This document shows, piece after piece, positions 43,490-53,969 of a DNA stretch of 64,000 nucleotides. The stretch's first letter is position 1. Every line of letters starts with the position of its first letter. Where the stretch lies: IMG/VR virus record IMGVR_UViG_3300028559_000005; one strand, written 5' to 3'. The DNA comes from a virus. Taxonomy: Duplodnaviria; Heunggongvirae; Uroviricota; Caudoviricetes. Position numbers and translations under genes: made by a program. Under the pieces are notes generated by a model. That model did not search any database. It was given only the letters and a program-made list of their open reading frames with translations, and was not told where the DNA came from.

Positions 43490-44315
43490 TACTACTCCAT
43501 GATTTCATTAGACCTTTGGGATCTAATTTCAACATCTTATGCCAGATGTCAATTTTGTTTTCTATGCCCAATTTAAAATGTTCAAGATCGTACCCTAACG
43601 GTATTAGATAGTTGGCAATTTTCATAGCCTCTTGCATACGGCGGGTGCGCCATGACACATGATTAAAATCTCTAGGGTGATTAGGATTGCCCTCTAGCAT
43701 GGGGCGATTCCTAAACACATCATCGCCATTCTTACCTGTGAGGTCAAAACGTTCATGCTCAATCATTACAGGTATAGTAATTACAATATCCAACATCCAG
43801 CCAATCTGACTGGTCCACGCATCATTGATCTGATGAGGTGATATGTTACCTGTAATTTCTACCCACTTGCGTGGCAAGATTGGAAAGATGGCATATGGAT
43901 GTTCATGATTGGTTTCAGCTCGCAACAACGCAAAACGATCATTATACTCACGAATAACATCGTCCCACCCAGTAGTGGTCATTACAGCATCATCGTTCCA
44001 GAAAAACAGCCATGAACCGGTGCTGTGATTGGCCAACTCATTGAGGTATTCATTGAGACGAAGGTAACCCAATCGTTTGAATTGCATAGCACTATAGGTT
44101 ACACCTTTGGAATCAAGATATGGTGCAATCACATCAATGAAATATTCTATAGTATCTGTATCATCATCATCAAATGCTATCAATACTTCGATACGTTCAG
44201 GACTAGTAGCAGTATCAATCAATGTGTGCAAACATTGATCCATTGGAATTGGCCTTGCACGTACCGGTAACAGTACACTGATATCAATATTGGGGTTTTG
44301 TACGGGTAAACTCAT
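43473..44315 (-). CDS. GT-A-like putative glycosyltransferase, paralog A
   Basis: ISVLLPVRARP, FDDDDTD and GSWLFFWNDDAVMTTTGWDD...HPYAIFPILPRKWVEITGNISPH. Paralogous to 46234..47061. Confidence 0.35.
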   Translation of the reverse strand: MSLPVQNPNIDISVLLPVRARPIPMDQCLHTLIDTATSPERIEVLIAFDDDDTDTIEYFIDVIAPYLDSKGVTYSAMQFKRLGYLRLNEYLNELANHSTGSWLFFWNDDAVMTTTGWDDVIREYNDRFALLRAETNHEHPYAIFPILPRKWVEITGNISPHQINDAWTSQIGWMLDIVITIPVMIEHERFDLTGKNGDDVFRNRPMLEGNPNHPRDFNHVSWRTRRMQEAMKIANYLIPLGYDLEHFKLGIENKIDIWHKMLKLDPKGLMKSWSSIDLDN

Positions 44316-46237
44316 TGTGTTATACGTGTGATATTAGTTTTTCCAAAGTTGCGTTTTCTACCAAAATACATATTTTCCAGGAAACGGTCTTCACTCATGT
44401 TAGGATCTTCAACAGTATCAAATTGATAAACTGTGGGGGTTTTCAATGCAGCATTGTCTTGGATGTAACCAAGAAAGTCATAATCAAATGATTGTGTGAC
44501 TGGCAAGTTTCCTAAGTCTCTGTAGTCAATTACATAATTTCTTTGGAACTGTAACAGTTGATTTTTCACTTGCAAATCAATATTATAATGACTCTGCAAG
44601 AATTTGTCAAGTGAATCAAACACATAGTTGATCATTTGGTCTTTGACCATGTACAGTGTGGTTCTGTGCATAAGGTTCCACCCAAACACTTCAATGTTGC
44701 CGATACGGGGATGATCAATGCGCCCTTTGGTCATCCAGTTTTCAAAGTAACTACGAGTTTCTAAAAACTGCAAGCGGAACCAAGAATCTTTCTGTACCCA
44801 TGCATATAAATCTTCGTAGAACTTGCTGTAGTCAATATCTTGTTGTTTAGCTAGATATCTAGCTATGTACGTGCTGAGTCCGTTGATATGGAATGTTTGA
44901 ATAAAACTACTCCATACCAGTGTATCCAACATAGTATCTCGCGGTATGGTCTTGGTACTTACAACTACATCAATGCTTTCGTTAAGATCTACATCGCCGT
45001 AACTACCACTCATGTAGTCGTATACTGGTACAGACTCCAGTTTATACAAACGTTTTTGCAAAAGATTCATTTCAGCATTTTCCAGCAGCTGACATTGTAG
45101 GATGTTAATGCCGCCATGATTGCCTGCTCGAAAGATTTTCCAAAAAGCTTCTTTCCAAGATTCTACTGTTTCTCCAGGCAACCCCAAGATCAATTCCGTA
45201 TATACTGGAATATTATTTTTGTCGCACAAGGCAAAGATCTCATCAATTTTGTGTTGATCAAGATTACGACGTTTTATATTCTCTAGCACATCGTTGTCCA
45301 TGCTTTGCACACTCACGGTAAGACCTTGACCAAAGTTGGGTGATTCGTCAATCAGTTTCTTAACAATATCTACAACTTCGTTCTTTTGATTCTTGGCCCA
45401 GGTCATGGAAAAACTTTCCAGTTTGCCCCAACGCTTTTGTACTTGGATCAGTTTGTCTACAATCATGTTGTCACGTTCCACAAACATACCAAAGTTAGCA
45501 TCGGTAATGGTAACAAATCCACAATGTTCTCCAATCCAGTCTAACTCGTCGTAAACACGTTGCAGTTCAAACTTCTTGACCTTGTTGTATGTTAGACTAC
45601 CCCAATCGCAAAATGTACATTGGTAAGGACAACCACGATTGGTTTCTAATGTGGCATTCCAAATCACTTTGGGATTTTCAGTCATAATACGATCAAAAAT
45701 GCCTGTGAGATACGGACTTGGCACCTCGTCTAGATCATTGATACGTTTGGGATCTCCGGTGTTGATCAATCCTGTAGAACTGTTGATTAATAGTCCTGGA
45801 ATATGAGTGTAGTCAGATCCATGATCTTCGAGAATATTTCTAAAAGTCATTTCTCCTTCCATCTTGATCACTAGATCCATGAATGGTTCTTTTTCAAACA
45901 ACTCGGGATCTTCAATAGCTGGTTCAGGTCCACCAAACACAATCAAGCAGTTGGGATTGAGTGTTTTTACAAGTCGAGCTAGTTTATAATTGTATCGATG
46001 ATTCCACACATAGGTTGAGAATGCTACCACATCACTGGTGCTTAGTTTCAACGCCAGTGCTTCAATGGGTGCTCTACGCCATACCAAGTGATCAATTTCC
46101 CATGCTGCGTTGACTTTTTCTGAAGCAAGTGCATAACTCAGTATAACTCCTGCAGAATAAGGTAGGTAGTACGCATTAAATTCTTTAGGACCTTGTTGGA
46201 AGTTGGGCTGAACAAAGCTGATTTTCTTTTTTGTCAT
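44312..46237 (-). CDS. B12-binding-domain radical SAM enzyme (641 aa)
   Basis: Radical SAM cluster TNRGCPYQCTFCDWGS. Long N-terminal region consistent with a cobalamin-binding domain. Flanked by GT-A-like paralogs. Confidence 0.55.
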   Translation of the reverse strand: MTKKKISFVQPNFQQGPKEFNAYYLPYSAGVILSYALASEKVNAAWEIDHLVWRRAPIEALALKLSTSDVVAFSTYVWNHRYNYKLARLVKTLNPNCLIVFGGPEPAIEDPELFEKEPFMDLVIKMEGEMTFRNILEDHGSDYTHIPGLLINSSTGLINTGDPKRINDLDEVPSPYLTGIFDRIMTENPKVIWNATLETNRGCPYQCTFCDWGSLTYNKVKKFELQRVYDELDWIGEHCGFVTITDANFGMFVERDNMIVDKLIQVQKRWGKLESFSMTWAKNQKNEVVDIVKKLIDESPNFGQGLTVSVQSMDNDVLENIKRRNLDQHKIDEIFALCDKNNIPVYTELILGLPGETVESWKEAFWKIFRAGNHGGINILQCQLLENAEMNLLQKRLYKLESVPVYDYMSGSYGDVDLNESIDVVVSTKTIPRDTMLDTLVWSSFIQTFHINGLSTYIARYLAKQQDIDYSKFYEDLYAWVQKDSWFRLQFLETRSYFENWMTKGRIDHPRIGNIEVFGWNLMHRTTLYMVKDQMINYVFDSLDKFLQSHYNIDLQVKNQLLQFQRNYVIDYRDLGNLPVTQSFDYDFLGYIQDNAALKTPTVYQFDTVEDPNMSEDRFLENMYFGRKRNFGKTNITRITQ

Positions 46238-47061
46238 TCAGTATTTACTTGTTTAACAGTGGCGTCAACTTGATTGTTGGTATCGTTGGCCCGCATCTTG
46301 ATCCAAGGATCTTGTCGCCCTTCCCACGCATCAACAAAAAATGTTAGATCAAGTCCTTGATCCTGCATCCACGTGGCTAACTTGGCAACATCATCAGTAC
46401 GTATTTTGACCATGTCGGGGTGATTTAGGTCTCCAGGTTGGCTGGGATCACCTTCCATAATACGACGTTGCTGATAAGTTGCGTCATTGTTTATACCAGT
46501 GATGTCATATCGATTGTGATCACAATGTACATCAATACGTTCAAAAATATCCAGGTAATACGCCAGCTGACTTACATATGCATCATTGCTGCTGTGTTGA
46601 CTGATATGCCCTAGTATTTCAAACCATTGCCGTGGCAAAATAGGAAAGATGCTGTACGGATGATCGTTGTGCGTATACACACTCAGCAGTCGGAACTCAC
46701 CTGTGCGCTCGCGTATACGTACATCCCATGCTGCGGTTTTCATCACAGCATCGTCGTTCCAGAAAAACAGCCAGGACCCTTGACTGTGTTCAGCTAGGCC
46801 ATTTACATAACGGTGCAAGTTATTGTAGCCTTGTGGATCAAACACCAAAATCTTGTGTTTGATATTGTTTTGTTCAATCCAGGGACAGACGTTGTGTAGT
46901 ATGTTTTCCATACCCACCACGTCATCATTATCTACGCCAAACAATATTTCAATTGAGTCAAAATCCTCAGCCAGTGTATAGAGACTTTGTATGCTACTCA
47001 TTAACGCTTGTGCCCGACCACGAGTGGGCAGCAAGATACTGATATCAATTTTGTTGTTCAT
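46234..47061 (-). CDS. GT-A-like putative glycosyltransferase, paralog B
   Basis: ISILLPTRGRAQ, GVDNDD and GSWLFFWNDDAVMKTAAWD...HPYSIFPILPRQWFEILGHISQH. Confidence 0.35.
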   Translation of the reverse strand: MNNKIDISILLPTRGRAQALMSSIQSLYTLAEDFDSIEILFGVDNDDVVGMENILHNVCPWIEQNNIKHKILVFDPQGYNNLHRYVNGLAEHSQGSWLFFWNDDAVMKTAAWDVRIRERTGEFRLLSVYTHNDHPYSIFPILPRQWFEILGHISQHSSNDAYVSQLAYYLDIFERIDVHCDHNRYDITGINNDATYQQRRIMEGDPSQPGDLNHPDMVKIRTDDVAKLATWMQDQGLDLTFFVDAWEGRQDPWIKMRANDTNNQVDATVKQVNTE

Positions 47062-47221
47062 TTTAATTTACCAGTGATGTATAACACCTGCCACAATAAA
47101 GCAGTTGGTCACAATATAACATAATATAATGCAAGTTCTAATGCAGGCAACACAATTTGCTTCTGCATCTGTGTTGCCTGATTTCTCGCCCAGGGCCTTG
47201 GCCCAAAGACGCCACATTTTA

Positions 47222-47698
47222 TTAAAACTCGTTGTCTTCACGATGACCTTGACGGCCAGCCATGTTTGAATCAGTCTCACGCACTTCTACCTTGCAACAC
47301 CAAACTCGTGCAGCTTCTTCACTACCGCAGTTGGGCAAGAAGATTGTGTTAACGTATTCGTACAAGAAGTCAGCAATACCTTCGCACCCGGTCTTTTCTA
47401 CTTCTGTGATCTTGGCCAGTTTGAGTCTGCCCAATTCCAGCAAGTGTTCACGCATGGGATCATCTTGTGCAACCAGCAAAGTGTGATCAAACCAATCTTC
47501 TAGATTTGCCTTGAGTGGTTTTAGGCCGCCAAAGTCTGTACACCAGTTACGTGCATCCAGGGTATCACATTCAAATTCAAAGTGAAAGCTCATTGCGTAA
47601 CCGTGTATGAGATTGCAGTGACTCTGAGCACGCCACTGGCGATACGCTACAGGTCCAATTTGCTTGTAAGTTTTTGTTGAAAAGTATTTTTTTGCCAT
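47222..47698 (-). CDS. queD: 6-carboxy-5,6,7,8-tetrahydropterin synthase (QueD-like)
   Basis: CNLIHGY (CxxxHGH-type) catalytic motif. Size of about 158 aa is typical of QueD/PTPS. Confidence 0.65.
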   Translation of the reverse strand: MAKKYFSTKTYKQIGPVAYRQWRAQSHCNLIHGYAMSFHFEFECDTLDARNWCTDFGGLKPLKANLEDWFDHTLLVAQDDPMREHLLELGRLKLAKITEVEKTGCEGIADFLYEYVNTIFLPNCGSEEAARVWCCKVEVRETDSNMAGRQGHREDNEF

Positions 47699-47776
47699 GA
47701 TTTTCTCCTATGTTGATTATAGCATAGGCAGCAGAGTTTGTAAAGCGGGAATGACGCCCAAGACCGCTATGAATAT

Positions 47777-48181
47777 TTATACTGGTAGTTGGTAGCCTGT
47801 GGCCTTATAGTCGGCTTGCCCAAATATAACTCCACGTACTCCGCCAATAGGATTAGCAGTGTCGTTCACTCGACGTGGAATCAAATGCACATGTGGATAC
47901 ATTACCGTTTGTCCAGCAGCGGGTCCCATATTGATACCAATGTTGAATCCGTCACATTTGCCATCGGCTACCATGTGACGGCCATATCGCATAGCTGATT
48001 CCATACAGTCAATGATCACCGCATCAGTGTTGTAGTTAGGCACAAACAGCAAATGACCACGGGTCACTGGATAACGATCTTCAAACACAGTGACGTGAAA
48101 ATCACTTAACTCTTGTACTTTTAGATCCCACGGTGCTACACCGGCAGCATGGGCTTGATCTAATGTTTCGTAATTGATCAT
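47777..48181 (-). CDS. HIT-family hydrolase
   Basis: Histidine triad YPHVHLIP (HxHxHxx) near the C-terminus. Confidence 0.55.
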   Translation of the reverse strand: MINYETLDQAHAAGVAPWDLKVQELSDFHVTVFEDRYPVTRGHLLFVPNYNTDAVIIDCMESAMRYGRHMVADGKCDGFNIGINMGPAAGQTVMYPHVHLIPRRVNDTANPIGGVRGVIFGQADYKATGYQLPV

Positions 48182-48205
48182 CTTGGTGCAAATTCCTGTT
48201 GTAGT

Positions 48206-48952
48206 TTGATACCACTATTTTTACAGCAACCAGTTTTAAGTTTTATCATAAATAAATTATACAGCAATTTTATAGGAAAGTCAATGTTTTTAGATAACAG
48301 ATACACCAAAGTTTATTACCAAATTATTAATAGAGCATTAACAAGGCCATACAAAAAAGTAAAAAATGATGGGTATCAAAAACATCATATTGTTCCAAAA
48401 TGTATTGGCGGCACCAATTCCACTGATAATCTTGTAATACTTAGTTATAAAGAACATAGAGTGTGCCATTGTTTATTAATCAAAATCCAACTTACAACAT
48501 CAGCAGAAATCAAAATGCGACACGCCTATGGATTTTTTAATAAGAGTAGCAGATATAATGGCCCGCGATATAAAAGAGGAAAAGACAATGTATTCTCTAC
48601 TCCAGAAATTATCGAACAAGTCCGCTGGCGTATGATTAATAATAATCCTATGAAGGACCCACTTTCTCAACAAAAAAGAGTCGATACCTGGCGAGCAAAT
48701 AGAGCCGCGCAAAATTGCATTCCTCGGAGAATACTTAAGGATAAGTTTATCACACCATTGGGTATATTCAAAACTAAAAAAGAAATACAGAAAGTTCTAA
48801 ACATACCCGAATGGACATTAAATACTATCTACAACGATTTAGATGCCCTTCCTACTCCTGACGGAAGGGGTAGTAAAAAGATCACTCATCTAAATATTGA
48901 CATAAGCAAGACCTGGAGAGACAATGGATTTGACTTACTTGCCGTTTCTTGA
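48206..48952 (+). CDS. HNH homing endonuclease
   Basis: QKHHIVPKCIGGTNSTDNLVILSYKEHRVCH HNH core. Plus-strand, AT-rich insertion between HIT and FolE. Confidence 0.7.
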   Translation: MIPLFLQQPVLSFIINKLYSNFIGKSMFLDNRYTKVYYQIINRALTRPYKKVKNDGYQKHHIVPKCIGGTNSTDNLVILSYKEHRVCHCLLIKIQLTTSAEIKMRHAYGFFNKSSRYNGPRYKRGKDNVFSTPEIIEQVRWRMINNNPMKDPLSQQKRVDTWRANRAAQNCIPRRILKDKFITPLGIFKTKKEIQKVLNIPEWTLNTIYNDLDALPTPDGRGSKKITHLNIDISKTWRDNGFDLLAVS

Positions 48953-49723
48953 CTGAAGTAGGATATTATCAAAGAATTCTTTCTTAGTACCCATGTCAGT
49001 GTTAAATGCACCTTTAAGCACTGTTGTCTGTGTTAAACTACTATGTGCCATTATGCCCCTATTGGTACAACACCCATGTTCCGCTTCAAGGTAGACCCCA
49101 ACATTCTCACTACCAGTGGCCTTCATGATTTCTCTTGCAATGTCGTTACAGAGTTCTTCTTGCAAAGTACCTCGACGGGCACACCACTGTGCAATACGAG
49201 TATACTTACTGAGACCAATCAGTTTCTCTGCCGCAATAATGCCAATATAAGCAACCCCAGTAACGGGTTGGTGATGATGACTACACATACTACGAAGTTC
49301 ACTGCGAACCACGAGCATGCCTTCATAACGGTCTGCTGAATCATTTGGGAACGCTGTTGCGTCTGGTGCTGGTTCATATCGCCCTTCCATTATCTCGTTA
49401 AAGTACATCTTGGCCAAACGTCTTGCTGTGCCTTTGCTATTGGGATCATTCTCACGATCGATTAGCAAAGTATCTAATACTTGTTCAAATGCTTGTGTTG
49501 CTTCGTTGATCAAATGTTCTTTATCACTATCATGTAGATAGTCACTGATGTTGTCGCCTGCCCAAAATCTCTTACCATCTGCTCGCATACGCTCGCGAAT
49601 TGCTGTGCTTAGATACTTGCCTTGATCTACGTCTTGTTTTTTAACATACAAGTTTTTCCCCTCCAACGAAACAAATTCTTCTGATTGTGGGTGTATGATT
49701 GGGTCTGGTTTAAATTTTAACAT
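48935..49723 (-). CDS. folE: GTP cyclohydrolase I (FolE)
   Basis: GTARRLAKMYFNEI and SMCSHHHQPVTGVAYIGI match the FolE signatures (GTPxRxAKMY, SMCEHH). Confidence 0.75.
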   Translation of the reverse strand: MLKFKPDPIIHPQSEEFVSLEGKNLYVKKQDVDQGKYLSTAIRERMRADGKRFWAGDNISDYLHDSDKEHLINEATQAFEQVLDTLLIDRENDPNSKGTARRLAKMYFNEIMEGRYEPAPDATAFPNDSADRYEGMLVVRSELRSMCSHHHQPVTGVAYIGIIAAEKLIGLSKYTRIAQWCARRGTLQEELCNDIAREIMKATGSENVGVYLEAEHGCCTNRGIMAHSSLTQTTVLKGAFNTDMGTKKEFFDNILLQSRNGK

Positions 49724-49724
49724 G

Positions 49725-50321
49725 TTATTCCTTAATGGTTATGTTTCGCAAATCTGGATACTGTACAAACTTGGGTTCTTGAGGTGCAGACTTGTACTGC
49801 TCCAACAACTCTAACCCACGTTCAGCATCTTCTATTGCAGGCCTGTAGTGATATCCCAACTGGAATGTTTTCTGTGTGTTCCAGGGTGAGATATTTAGGT
49901 CGCGACCATCATATCGTTGTTTTATCATCACTTCATAGGCTTGCTTGTTATCTAACAGTATAGCACCACCATGCCCTATTTGTAAAGGCTTGTCATGCCC
50001 AAAACTCAAACACTGCATCTGCCCTGTACGATACATGCCGGGTTCTAATCTTCTAGCACTGTCCCAAACTCTGGTATACACAAAATTGTATTCCCCAGAC
50101 CATGTTTGTTCACGCTCATCCAAGTACACATAGTCGATGCCCAACTTGTGCATGGTCATAGGAACACTCAAGTAAGTGTAAGGAGTCATCTTGAGACCCT
50201 TTACTCGCTCATACCTCAAGCACATCTCTATAGCATGTGTACAGCAATCGGTCATGATTGCAGCAGGAGCACCAGTGAACTCGGCCAGTGCCTGTTCAAA
50301 CTCAAGAATTTTTTTGAACAT
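49725..50321 (-). CDS. DegT/DnrJ/EryC1-like PLP-dependent aminotransferase (short form)
   Basis: SFGHDKPLQIGHGGAIL resembles the DegT PLP-lysine motif (SFHxxKxxxxGEGG). At 198 aa it may be truncated. Confidence 0.4.
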   Translation of the reverse strand: MFKKILEFEQALAEFTGAPAAIMTDCCTHAIEMCLRYERVKGLKMTPYTYLSVPMTMHKLGIDYVYLDEREQTWSGEYNFVYTRVWDSARRLEPGMYRTGQMQCLSFGHDKPLQIGHGGAILLDNKQAYEVMIKQRYDGRDLNISPWNTQKTFQLGYHYRPAIEDAERGLELLEQYKSAPQEPKFVQYPDLRNITIKE

Positions 50322-51255
50322 ACCAAGCCCATGCGTGTTGAATCATATCATCTAGTGTGTATTGACGCCAGTTCGGCATCAATTTATTAAACTTTGTTGC
50401 ACTGGCAGTGAGCACAGCAGGATCACCGGTCCGTCGGGGCTCTAGCAATACAGATACAGAACCTGCAATTGCAGCAGCATGGGTTAAGATCTCTTTCACA
50501 CTGGTACCAGTATTTGATCCTAGATTGTAAACACCTGATAGCACAGCAGTATCCAACGCACACACATGAGCATGAGCAATGTCTTCCACATGCACATAGT
50601 CACGTACACAAGTTCCGTCGGGTGTTTCGTAATCATCACCATACAAGGAAAACTGTTTGTTATCACGAGTGGCTTCTAAGATTCTAGCAATCACATGAGA
50701 GGCCCCGGGTGCCTGTCCATGTCGCCCCTGACGATCTGCACCACATGCATTGAAGTAACGGAACGCTACATAGTCAAGATTGTATGCTCGATGATAGCTG
50801 GCTAACACTTGTTCAATCATGCGTTTGCTTTCGCCATATGGGCTTATTGGCTCACATGGATCAACTTCTGAACATGAATCTAGTATCGGCTCGCCATACA
50901 CAGATGCACTTGAACTAAAAATAACTCTAGTTTTAGGCAGGGCATGAACCACAAGATCCAGCATATATATGGTCTTGATCACATTGTTGTGGTAGTAGTC
51001 TGAAGGATATTTAACGCTGGGTCCTACCAAACTGGTACCAGCACAATGAATGATGGCGCCGGGTTGTACCTGTATCAATTTTATTTTGGCTTGATCGCTA
51101 TCAAAGTCCGCCTGTACAAACTGATCGAACACATCTTTTAAACGTGCAGCACACGGTCTACGGTCAATGCCAATCACTCTGTGTCCAGCATCACACAAAG
51201 CCAATGCCACTTGTCCACCAATATATCCTGAAGCTCCAGTTACTACCACATCCAT
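50302..51255 (-). CDS. NAD-dependent sugar epimerase/dehydratase (GalE-like SDR)
   Basis: VVVTGASGYIGG Rossmann motif. YGESKRMIEQVL (YxxxK). The start is trimmed to the internal MDVVV. Confidence 0.6.
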   Translation of the reverse strand: MDVVVTGASGYIGGQVALALCDAGHRVIGIDRRPCAARLKDVFDQFVQADFDSDQAKIKLIQVQPGAIIHCAGTSLVGPSVKYPSDYYHNNVIKTIYMLDLVVHALPKTRVIFSSSASVYGEPILDSCSEVDPCEPISPYGESKRMIEQVLASYHRAYNLDYVAFRYFNACGADRQGRHGQAPGASHVIARILEATRDNKQFSLYGDDYETPDGTCVRDYVHVEDIAHAHVCALDTAVLSGVYNLGSNTGTSVKEILTHAAAIAGSVSVLLEPRRTGDPAVLTASATKFNKLMPNWRQYTLDDMIQHAWAWYVQKNS

Positions 51256-51256
51256 T

Positions 51257-52471
51257 TTAGAATTTTCCTTCTCGGGTATGTTTCCTATAATCCACACCCA
51301 TACGCAACATATCCTCGCCATTGCCTTGCATGATATCTAACACACGATCAATTGTGCCGTCGTTGCGATTGCTAATTTGTCCCATGCGTGGATGTTGCCA
51401 AGTTAGTAGTATTTCTAACTTGTTTAGGGCATCTTCTATTGACCAAGGAACATAAAGTCTGGAATGGTCATTAGAAAAAGTTTCAGGGAAAGACCTATAA
51501 GCAGGGTATAGAACATTACACCCAAGAGCATCTGCTTCACTGACTGTGTTGGAAACCCAATCTTGAAGGGCGCAATTAAACACAACACGACTATCATTAA
51601 CGATATTATAGTAATCATTCTTTTCCAAATCTTCGTAGATCACCAGTTTGCCTGCTGCTTGTAGATCACGGGTACGTTGCATGTAGCTTTCGCTATTTGA
51701 TTTCAACTTGCCGCCACTGCAAACTGCAAACTCCACAGCTATTTTAGGATGATGTTTGTACCATGATTCAATCAGATCCATGTAGAAATCAGGTTGCTTT
51801 TCTTGATCCCACCGTGCTGAGAATACCACACGCGATTTACGCTCTCTCCAGGGTTTAATACCAGGAACACGTGATTGTACTTCTGCTTTGCCAAATGCCA
51901 GGCCAGAGATATTGTAGATTGGAGCTTTCCAACCTGCAATCTTCATATGCATTACCATTTCCTCATTGGTGGCCAATACACCATCCACAAATGAATCCAC
52001 CATGCGTTCATAGTGACCCATAAAATCGCCCATGCCCCATACATGTACAAAATCATCAGGATCAATTGACTGAGCAAGACAGCGAACAAAGATCTTTGGG
52101 CGCAATGACTCCGGAATTTGTTTAAGGATGTAAGGTAAAGATTCAATGCCTGGTTGAAACATGTCTTCGAAGTAGATAATGTCTTCGTTGGAACATTCTC
52201 CTGCTTTCATCATCCGTATTAGATTCATCAGCTGGCTCATACCAAAGTATGTGCGGCCATGTGCATCTAGAACTTGTCCAGTTACAATAGCTTGATCATT
52301 GCTGAGTGTTTCGCCGGGTACTACTACATAGTCAATACCACGGCGATCAAACACCGCAGTGTTCCAATCTTGCAATTGTAGCGTGTAACGTGCTTTATAG
52401 GGCTCTAGGCCCATGTAAAACAACTTTCTCATGCACGGTATCCAGCCAGTCGACGAGTGTCTTCGTCCCAC
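51257..52471 (-). CDS. putative glycosyltransferase (GT-B / group 1-like)
   Basis: C-terminal ...VIYEDLEKNDYYNIVNDSRVVFNCALQDWVSNTVSEADALGCNVLYP is GT4-like. Tentative. Confidence 0.35.
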   Translation of the reverse strand: MGRRHSSTGWIPCMRKLFYMGLEPYKARYTLQLQDWNTAVFDRRGIDYVVVPGETLSNDQAIVTGQVLDAHGRTYFGMSQLMNLIRMMKAGECSNEDIIYFEDMFQPGIESLPYILKQIPESLRPKIFVRCLAQSIDPDDFVHVWGMGDFMGHYERMVDSFVDGVLATNEEMVMHMKIAGWKAPIYNISGLAFGKAEVQSRVPGIKPWRERKSRVVFSARWDQEKQPDFYMDLIESWYKHHPKIAVEFAVCSGGKLKSNSESYMQRTRDLQAAGKLVIYEDLEKNDYYNIVNDSRVVFNCALQDWVSNTVSEADALGCNVLYPAYRSFPETFSNDHSRLYVPWSIEDALNKLEILLTWQHPRMGQISNRNDGTIDRVLDIMQGNGEDMLRMGVDYRKHTREGKF

Positions 52472-52938
52472 ATGTTCTTGGCCGGCTTGCCCTGGCTGTG
52501 TTTGTTGAATTGTTGGAATGCATAACTGCGGAAGTTATACAGATCCGACTCGTTGAATTTGTATCCGTAATCGACACAGAACTCACGATATTGGTCCAGA
52601 TCCTCCCAAGTTTGTTCAGTGCGGGGGTTGTGTTTGATGATGACTTTGGCCATGGTGTTTCCTTATTTGTTATCTTCAATATAAACTAACGTGTTGTTGG
52701 GCATACCAAGAAAGGTGCCACAACTAACAACTTCTCCTTGCTCATCAATCTGAACGTCTCGACGCCCAATATTGATACTCAATACTTTGGTGCCGTCATC
52801 GTCTATGATTTCGGCCAATACTCCATCTTTTGCCAAATAAGGTTCACCAAAATTTTCATTGATGACCCCACATAATTTTTCTAAAGAGAGACTCATTTTG
52901 TTTCCTATGCTAAATAAATGATGATAGAGAGATAAGTT

Positions 52939-53523
52939 ATGCCTAAGTTAACCAACCCTACCACTAATGATACTTGTTTTTTGTGCGGATGTCAAGCACA
53001 TTGGATAAGTTTCAATTCTAAACAGATGCGATGTGTTGAGAAGATTACTCGATGTATTGGCTTTGTCAAAAAAGCTGAGGCAGCCCGGCAACAAAATATG
53101 TCTAAAGAGTTGCGCAGGAATCATATGAAGCAAATGAGCATTAGTGGTAATAAGCGACTTGCTGAACTTCACACTGATGAGCAATGGCGCCGCAGCAAGG
53201 GCAATAATATTTCTAAGGCTAAATCCACTATTTCTGTTGAACAACAGTCTGATTGGGGTATTTACGAAAGCATAGTTGATCGTATTACACGAGAAAGTTG
53301 GTTGTATCATAATGATAAAATCAATCCTGAAAACTTACCAAGAGGCCATGAGTATGAGTTGGATCACAAGTATAGTAAACATCAAGGTTTTTTAAATAAT
53401 GTTCCGCCAGAAGTAATAGGGCATTACTTAAACTTGCAAATGCTTCCGCGGCACTCTAATCGTAAAAAATACAACAAGTGTTCTATATCCATTGATGAAC
53501 TGTACGAGAGCATCAATATTTAA
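52939..53523 (+). CDS. HNH-like endonuclease (194 aa)
   Basis: N-terminal Cys cluster CFLCGC...RC...RC. HEYELDHKYSKHQGF HNH-like core. Plus-strand insertion. Confidence 0.45.
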   Translation: MPKLTNPTTNDTCFLCGCQAHWISFNSKQMRCVEKITRCIGFVKKAEAARQQNMSKELRRNHMKQMSISGNKRLAELHTDEQWRRSKGNNISKAKSTISVEQQSDWGIYESIVDRITRESWLYHNDKINPENLPRGHEYELDHKYSKHQGFLNNVPPEVIGHYLNLQMLPRHSNRKKYNKCSISIDELYESINI

Positions 53524-53965
53524 TTGACTGTGCCGAGTAAGTTAGTTTAAATTTTATTAAACAACCATTCTCGCCATCTTCACTAACTTCAATCCATATT
53601 TCTTTGTCTGGATATTTTGCAGCGATTTGATCGTAAAGATCCTCGGCCATCATTTCACAACTTTTGTAGTCAAGTTGCAAGGTTCCGTCTTGATATAGAT
53701 TCTCAAGCCAGCGTTTGAATTGAATGAACTCTATGGCCCTATCTGAATGTTCGACATCAATCCACACCCTGAAATGAAAGATGTGACGGTGAGCAGTAGC
53801 AAGAAACGATACATCATATTCATCTCCAGTGGCCAATGCAGGATCTGTGGCAGCAGCTGGATATTTATGGATGCCTTCTTTGCGGAATGTGACCCAGATC
53901 TTGCGATCTGCACGAGAGCGAACTCGCTCTCGTTGTTCTAGCAATGCTTGTTCGCGTTCGTTCAT
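53513..53965 (-). CDS. hypothetical protein
   Basis: ORF. Probable start at the internal MNEREQALL. Confidence 0.35.
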   Translation of the reverse strand: MNEREQALLEQRERVRSRADRKIWVTFRKEGIHKYPAAATDPALATGDEYDVSFLATAHRHIFHFRVWIDVEHSDRAIEFIQFKRWLENLYQDGTLQLDYKSCEMMAEDLYDQIAAKYPDKEIWIEVSEDGENGCLIKFKLTYSAQSIKY

Positions 53966-53969
53966 AACA

